Source: an uncultured delta proteobacterium (GTDB lineage Bacteria > Myxococcota_A > Polyangia > Palsa-1104). From it: a DNA stretch of 64,000 nt. Position numbers and translations under genes: made by a program. Positions 57,855 to 64,000 of the stretch are shown piece by piece (the stretch's first letter is position 1; the number at the start of each line of letters is the position of its first letter). The notes under the pieces were generated by a model. That model saw only the letters and a program-made list of their open reading frames with translations. It was not told the DNA's origin and ran no database searches. The stretch lies in assembly GCA_963785725.1 (NCBI GenBank), contig CAWAWS010000020.1:96001-160000 (forward strand), given 5' to 3'.

Positions 57855-58700
57855 TTACTGCGCGGCGTTGCGCAGACGCAGCTCGCGCTGTGGGAACGGA
57901 ATCTCGACGTGGTGCGCGCGAAACGCGGCTTCGATGGCGAAGCGCACGTTGGAGGCGATGCGCAGATCCTGGCTCGGCTCGGCGATCCAGACGAGCAGCG
58001 TGAAGTCGAGGCTCGATGGGCCGAACGCCTCGAAGCGCACCTCCGGCGCCGGCTCGGCCAAGAGGCCCTGCTCGCGCGCCGCGACCTCGAGCAGCAGCCG
58101 CTTGACCAGCGCCAAGTCGCTGCCGTAGGCCACGCCGACCGCAATCGAGATGCGCCGCCGCGTCGTCGGGATCGAGTGGTTCACGACTTGACCGGTGATG
58201 AGCTCGCTATTGGGCACGATGATCGTCACCTCGTCGCGCGTCACGACCGTCGTCGCGCGCAAGCCGATGTCGACGACCGAGCCGTGCGCCTGGCCGATCT
58301 GCACGAAGTCGCCTTTGCCGACGGGCCGCTCGATGAGCAGGATGAGCCCGGAGATGAAGTTCTGCGCGATCGTCTGCAGACCGAAGCCGATACCGACGAG
58401 CAGCGCCGCCGAGGCCGCGAAGAGCGCGTCGAGCTTGAGGCCGATCGACGTGAACGCCACGAGAATGCCGAGCAGCACGATGAAGTAGCGCGCGATCTTG
58501 GCCATCGCGAAGCGCGCGCTGTCGTCGACGCCGCGATGGGCGAGCAGCCGATTGAGGCCGCGGCCGGCGACGGCGGCCACGAGGCGCGACAGGAAGATGA
58601 TGAAGATCGCCAGCGTGATCGAGCCCAGCGTCAACGGGCCGGCCGGCAAGTGCACGATGGGCGAGAAGAAGATCTGCTTGAGCCGGTCGAGGATGTACAT
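57855..58700 (-). CDS. Small-conductance mechanosensitive channel (MscS family)
   Basis: GIGFGLQ..NFISG, IGLRAT, IVPNS, VAYGSD, IPFPQ. Confidence 0.93.
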   Translation of the reverse strand: MYILDRLKQIFFSPIVHLPAGPLTLGSITLAIFIIFLSRLVAAVAGRGLNRLLAHRGVDDSARFAMAKIARYFIVLLGILVAFTSIGLKLDALFAASAALLVGIGFGLQTIAQNFISGLILLIERPVGKGDFVQIGQAHGSVVDIGLRATTVVTRDEVTIIVPNSELITGQVVNHSIPTTRRRISIAVGVAYGSDLALVKRLLLEVAAREQGLLAEPAPEVRFEAFGPSSLDFTLLVWIAEPSQDLRIASNVRFAIEAAFRAHHVEIPFPQRELRLRNAAQ

Positions 58701-58754
58701 CAGGTCTCCGCGACGCGCATTGTACCGCGGCGCGGAGACCGAAACGCGCGCGGA

Positions 58755-59867
58755 TTACGCGGCGCGAGCGGGCGCGGTCGCGGGCACGGGCGTGTCGCTC
58801 GCGGCCGCCGGTCCGGTCGGCGACGCCTGCGCGGGCGTCGTCACGCCGTCGATCTCGGCGTAGCGCGCCGCCAGCCGCTTGCGCACGATGCTGGCGACGA
58901 GGTGCTGGAAGATGATGTAGATGGCCGCCGGCACCGTCACCAGCGGCTGACCGGGAAACGACGCCAGGCCGACGACGAGCGCCGTGCCGTTGGAGCGCAT
59001 GCCGCTCGAGAATTCCGCGGTCACCTGATGCGCGCGGCCGAGACCGGCCATGCGGCCGATGACCGAGCCGAGCGAGAAGTTGGTGAGGTTGACGGCGAGG
59101 ACGATCAACATCGCCCAGCCGATCTGGCCGAACGACAGATGGCGCAACAGCGGCGCCGCGGTGCCGACGTTCAGATAGACGGCCATGAAGAGGCCGAAGC
59201 TGCCCATGAAGGTGAAATAGGGCTGAATGCGCGCCAAACGCGTGCGCAACAGGCGATTGAGCGTCAAGCCGACGACGAGCGGAATGAGGACGCCGATCAT
59301 CAATTGATGCAGGATGAGCATCGGCGGAATCTTGATCGAGTTCGCCGTCAGTCCATTCATGTAATAGAGGTAGGCGGGCGCGGTCAGCGTGCCGATCGAC
59401 ATCGTCACCAGCACGAGGCTGACGAGCAGCTCGATATCGCCCTTGGTATCGCGCACCCAAATGCTCGCCGTCGCCGCGACCGGCATGAGGATGACGAGAT
59501 CGAGGCCGATCTGCAGCGGCTCACCGAGCTCGCGGCCGAGCAGCGGGATACACAGCTGGCCGAGCAGCCAGCAGCTCAGCGGCAGAATGACGAAGTACTG
59601 CGCCAAGCACACGAGCAGCGGCTTCGGGCGCGCGATGACGCCTTTGAAGGCGCTGAAGCCGCACTGAATGGCGGCCGACAGCATCATGAAAAAGAGCGAG
59701 AGGCCGGACGCATCGAGCTGTCCGTAGAGCACTTTGGGCATGCGAATGGCGTGCGACACGCCGGGCGTCAAGAAGCCGAGGAGCGCGATCGCCGAAATGA
59801 GATGAACGAAGTGCTTACGAACGAAGCCATTCACTTTCAACAAAGGCGAGGCAGCAACAGACGCCAT
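58755..59867 (-). CDS. Bile acid:sodium symporter (BASS/SLC10) family transporter
   Basis: AQYFVILP, MPVAATAS, KGDIEL, SSGMRS, PAAIY..Q; about 10 TM. Confidence 0.85.
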   Translation of the reverse strand: MASVAASPLLKVNGFVRKHFVHLISAIALLGFLTPGVSHAIRMPKVLYGQLDASGLSLFFMMLSAAIQCGFSAFKGVIARPKPLLVCLAQYFVILPLSCWLLGQLCIPLLGRELGEPLQIGLDLVILMPVAATASIWVRDTKGDIELLVSLVLVTMSIGTLTAPAYLYYMNGLTANSIKIPPMLILHQLMIGVLIPLVVGLTLNRLLRTRLARIQPYFTFMGSFGLFMAVYLNVGTAAPLLRHLSFGQIGWAMLIVLAVNLTNFSLGSVIGRMAGLGRAHQVTAEFSSGMRSNGTALVVGLASFPGQPLVTVPAAIYIIFQHLVASIVRKRLAARYAEIDGVTTPAQASPTGPAAASDTPVPATAPARAA

Positions 59868-59985
59868 GAATCCCTCCATCTCGCCGCGTTTCGGACTGCA
59901 TCCGCGCGACGGACACGCTTCGGTTACGGTGCCGCGGCCGCCAATCAACCGCGAAACACACTGATTACGTTCTCGACTATAACGA

Positions 59986-60290
59986 ACGAGTTATTCACTC
60001 GTCTGCATTCGCGCGTACAAGACGAAAAGCTGAAGTTAAACCGATACTAATCGTCATTTATTTGACGACCTCGGATATGCATTTACGGCAATATCCGACA
60101 AGCATCGTCCAGCTTCGTCAACACGCACATTTCCGTCGCTGCCATAATTCGTAATCGATATCGCGAAGCGCATTTACGATATTCATCGACGCCCGCCGAA
60201 TCGACATTTCAGATCGGTGTTGATCGTCGCATTTTGGAGCGGCGCGATATCCGCGCACGACGCGCCTGAATACGCGGAATACGTATTCTT
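59986..60290. other. AT-rich intergenic region with many inverted repeats (candidate structured RNA or regulatory DNA)
   Basis: Stems 60051-68, 60071-98, 60021-32/60110-19, 59986-60002, 60268-88. Confidence 0.4.
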
Positions 60291-60365
60291 ACGGCGGGCT
60301 ACGAAGGGAGTTTTACGAGGATTGATTGCAGCGATAATTGCGAGCGAGCGAACGAAAACGGAAGG

Positions 60366-61865
60366 TCAGTTCACTTCGCAGTAGCCGTAGTTGCAGGCGG
60401 GATGGCTGGAGGGGCAGTCGGATGCCGACTTGCACGCCTGACAGGTGGTCTTGCCGGTCGACTTGAAGTCGAAGTAGCAGCCGCACTCGAAGTTCGTCTG
60501 CGGCATGAAGCTCGATTCTTCGCTGGTGCGCACGACCTTCATCGCGCACTGCGGGACTTCCGAGGCGGCGATGATGTTGTCGATGAGCGTCTGGTCGAGC
60601 GCGGCGACGGAGAAGCGCGTGACCATGGCTTTGGCCGCGTCCGACGGCACGCCGCCGGGGCCGACGGGCGTGAAGAAGTGGACGTAGCCCCACAGCGGAT
60701 AGTGGCCGTCGCGGACGTTCGCTTTATCGAACGTATTCTTGTTCGAGTCCGGTAAATAGCCGGCGGTTTGCGCGGTCGACTGCAAATAGAGGCTGCGCAG
60801 ATTGCCGCGATTGGTGTCGTAATCGCTAATCGAGAGGATGCCGATCGACTTCTCGGCCTCCGTCGACGCCAACATCGAATCGCGCAAATTGTCGGTCGAC
60901 AGGCGATCGATTCCCCAGAAGCCGGTCTTGGGAACGTTGACGAGCAAGCCGGTCAAAATGGTCGAGCCGGCGTTGCCGTTGCGAATGAAGTAGTAGGTCG
61001 GGTCGATCCAAGGCGAGGCGTCCTTGAGGCCGTTGACGCCCATTCCGCCGAGGCCGAAGACCATGTGCGCGGCTTCGGCGCTGATCGCCGTCTGCGTCGA
61101 TCCCGACGGCACCGACATGACGAAGGGAACGACCGGTCCCGTGTAGTCGCTGACATTGGTGCCCGAGACATATTGAACGGTGCTGGTGCTGCACGTGTTC
61201 GAATACAAGTCAGAGACACCGATATCGACGGTATTACCGGCGGTCGCGAGCAAGCAGTTGACCTGATTGCCGCCCGAATCGTAATAGAACGCGTAAGTCC
61301 CGCCGGGGGCCGGATTGACGATGGTCGACTTCGTGGGATCGAACACCGAGGCGACGCCGGCGCAGGACGTGGCATTCAAGTAGATGCCGACATAAGGGGT
61401 CGGCAATGCGGACATGAGCGGCTGCGCAGCCTTCAAGAGCGGCGCGAAGTCCGAGGTGCCGTACATATAAACGACATTCGGCCCGGCGTCGGCGCAGTTG
61501 ACGGTCGGGGTCGTCACCGGATTGACCAGCGGCGGAATCGTCGAGTTCGTCGGCGTCGTCGTCGCCGGCAACATGGCGTTGGCGCCGCACAGGCCGAGAC
61601 GCGCGCAGTTATCGAAGGTCTGATAAGCGGCGGTCGTGCAGGCGTTGAGATAGTCGTCTTGGCTCGCCGGCGTGCCCACGACGCAATTCTCGGGACCGAG
61701 GCCGGAGGCGACGCAGACGCCGTCCTGGCAATAAGGATGGCCGCCGAACTTCAGGCAGTCTTCGTCCACTTTGCATTGCTCGTCGCGATTGACGATCAAG
61801 CTGCAGCCGCCGACTAAACCGCCACTAAGCAGAGCGAACACCGCAAATAGGCTCGAGCTACGCAT
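60366..61865 (-). CDS. Cys-rich lipoprotein with a PstS-like substrate-binding domain
   Basis: VGGC lipobox; GTSD, TSCAG, VDIGVSD, RNGNAGST, GHYPLW; Cys clusters at both ends. Confidence 0.75.
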   Translation of the reverse strand: MRSSSLFAVFALLSGGLVGGCSLIVNRDEQCKVDEDCLKFGGHPYCQDGVCVASGLGPENCVVGTPASQDDYLNACTTAAYQTFDNCARLGLCGANAMLPATTTPTNSTIPPLVNPVTTPTVNCADAGPNVVYMYGTSDFAPLLKAAQPLMSALPTPYVGIYLNATSCAGVASVFDPTKSTIVNPAPGGTYAFYYDSGGNQVNCLLATAGNTVDIGVSDLYSNTCSTSTVQYVSGTNVSDYTGPVVPFVMSVPSGSTQTAISAEAAHMVFGLGGMGVNGLKDASPWIDPTYYFIRNGNAGSTILTGLLVNVPKTGFWGIDRLSTDNLRDSMLASTEAEKSIGILSISDYDTNRGNLRSLYLQSTAQTAGYLPDSNKNTFDKANVRDGHYPLWGYVHFFTPVGPGGVPSDAAKAMVTRFSVAALDQTLIDNIIAASEVPQCAMKVVRTSEESSFMPQTNFECGCYFDFKSTGKTTCQACKSASDCPSSHPACNYGYCEVN

Positions 61866-61931
61866 GGTCGACCTCCGTCTCGATCTCGAAAAGCCCGGCG
61901 ACAGCCGTGGCCGCGCCCAGCGAAAGCGTTC

Positions 61932-63984
61932 TCATTGATCCTCGTCGTAGGGGTTGCTGGTATCGATGCTGCGCTTGCGTGGCGGCTCCCATTCGCCACG
62001 CGGCGCGATATCACTGCGGCGTTCGTTCGTCGTGCGCTGCGGCTCGACCACCGGCGCCGACGCGGGCGCGGCCAGCGGCAGGCGCGACGTGACCGGCTCG
62101 GCGCGGCGCGCCGGCTCGACGCGGCGCGCCGGCGCCTCGTGGCCGTGCTCGCGATGCGCCATCGCCGTCGTCGGCTGCGAGCTGTCGAGGCTGAGATCGA
62201 TCATGACGTTGTCGGCGAACGTCACCGTGCGCTCTTTGGCCTGATGGCCGGGCGCGACGGCGCGCAGGCGATGGCTCCAATCCGAGCGCGCGAAGCGGCC
62301 CACGAACGGGTTCGACGGCAACAGCGTCCCGTCGAGCCAAATCTGCGCCGTCGACGGCGTGACGCCGATCGAGAGCACGATGGTGTCGTCTTGCGCCCGC
62401 GGCGGCGGGACCGCCAGCGGGAGCGCGGCGGCCGGGCGCGCCGCGACGGCAGCGGCCGGCGCAGTCGGCGGAGCGACGACGATCGGCGGCGGCACGTCGC
62501 GCAGCGCCACCAGCGCCGTCGTCGCCATGAACACCACCGTCAGCGCCGCGCCGATGAGCCAGGCGCGATTGCGCGCGAAGTTCGGCGACCACTCGTGATT
62601 GTCGAGCGGCAGCGGCTCCAGCGTCGGCTGATCGAGCGCGGACACGACCGAGAGATGGTTGCGCTCGACGCCCGTCGTCGTCGCTTGGCGCCGCTGCGCC
62701 GCCGAGCGCTGCTCGCTGGCGAACGAGCGCTGCTCGGCGGTGCTGCCAAACGACGGCTGCTTGCCATTGAAAGACGGCTGCTGCCCGTTGAACGGTCGCA
62801 GCTCGCCGTTGCTCTTAGTATGGCCGCCCGTTCGCGAGCTCCCCGCGAAAGACCGCGCGTCACTCTGTTGTGATCGCTGATCGCCCGCGAACGAACGGCC
62901 CGTCGCATAGGAACGACCGCTGCCGCGCCGCGACGACTCGCCCGGCTCGGCGGCGTCGAGCGTCTCGAGCCGCCCATAGTCGCCCGCCTGCAGCCGCAAG
63001 AGCGCGCCGTCGATGAGCCCCCGCGTGCGCTGGCGCTCGCCGTCGAGCTCTTGCAAGATCGCGTCGCTGATCTCACGTGTGCGCGGCGCACCGCCCGTCG
63101 CCCACAGGTGCTGGTCGATGGCGTCGCGCATCTCGGCCGCGGTGTGGAAGCGATCTTCGGGCCGCTCGGCGAGCGCGCGGTCGCAGACGTCGAGCAGCGC
63201 CGGCGAAATGTCGGGACGCAGCCCGCGCAGCGACGGAATCTCGCCGCGCGTCAAGCGCCGCCAAAATCTCGATCTCGCCCATCCCCTGCCACAAGCGACG
63301 CCCGCTCAAGACTTCGAACAGGATGACGCCGACCGAGAAGAGGTCGCTGCGCCGATCGGCGCGCCGTCGCAGCTGCTCGGGCGCCATATAGTTCACGCGC
63401 CCTTTTAGGACGCCGGTCTTCGTCTCCAGCGACGAATCGCGCGCCTTGGCGATCCCGAAGTCGATGACTTTGGTGTGCCCTTCATAAGTGACGAAGATGT
63501 TGTGCGGGCTGATATCGCGGTGCACGAAGCCGAGCGGCTGACCATCGAGCCCGGTGAGCTCGTGCGCGTAATCGAGCGCCGCCAGCGCGTCGCGCAGCAC
63601 CGACAGCGCCAGCCGCTGCGGAAAGCCGCCCCGCGCGGCGAAGCGCTTGAGCACATGATAGAGCGAGCGCCCTTCCAGATACTCCATGGCGATGAAGTGC
63701 CGACCGTCGCTCTCGTCGACGTCGTTGGTCTGCACGATATTCGGGTGATTCAGACGCGCCGCCGTGCGCGCCTCCTGCTGGAACATGACCAGGAACTCTT
63801 CGTCTTCGACCAGGTCCGGGCGCAGCTCCTTGAGCGCGACGAGCTTGGAAAAGCCGGCCGGTCCTTGCGCGGCCGCGACATAGACGATGCCCATGCCGCC
63901 GCGTGCGACCTCACCGAGCAGTCGATATCGGCCGACCGAATCGCCGAGAGCATGGTCGGTCTTAGGCATCAGCATAGAAGGCAC
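61932..63984 (-). pseudogene. Membrane Ser/Thr kinase with PEGA-like C-terminal domain; +1 frameshift at about 63258
   Basis: ARGGMG, HRDISPHN, DFG, YMAPE; removing one C at 63258 restores EILA-RLTRGEIP; TM segment and VTPSTAQIWLDG. Confidence 0.85.
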
Positions 63985-64000
63985 TCCACACGGGTTTGCA

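Noticed and set aside
1..64000. CRISPR array, cas, transposase, integrase, reverse transcriptase, rRNA or tRNA
   Set aside because: No repeat-spacer periodicity or diagnostic motifs seen; the short tandem repeats have no spacers

Overview
Very GC-rich bacterial chromosomal segment (about 70% GC by eye). The gene repertoire suggests Myxococcota/Polyangia-like soil bacteria (inference): Ser/Thr kinases, Cys-rich lipoproteins, a TonB protein, an extended PilT and many histidine kinases. It holds about 50 genes: signalling proteins (4 histidine kinases, an OmpR-type regulator, 2 Ser/Thr kinases), TetR/MarR/GntR/AraC regulators with their targets, secreted hydrolases (GH47, trypsin-like protease, ricin-lectin alginate-lyase-like protein, M16 pair), two GT-C-type membrane glycosyltransferases, and transporters. 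I see no rRNA, tRNA, CRISPR array, transposase, integrase or recognisable defence system, and I cannot claim a clear-cut new multi-gene system. Best leads: (1) a hairpin-rich, possibly switch-like AT-rich region upstream of a bile-acid:Na+ symporter; (2) a leaderless 81-aa Hfq/Sm-like protein with an unusual loop; (3) a PstS-fold Cys-rich lipoprotein paired with a membrane Ser/Thr kinase; (4) a CreBC-like two-component module with a tandem binding site; (5) several orphan C-terminal gene stubs; (6) widespread leaderless promoters; (7) a 120-bp MITE/REP-like element. Two single-base frameshifts (47087, about 63258) may be assembly errors.
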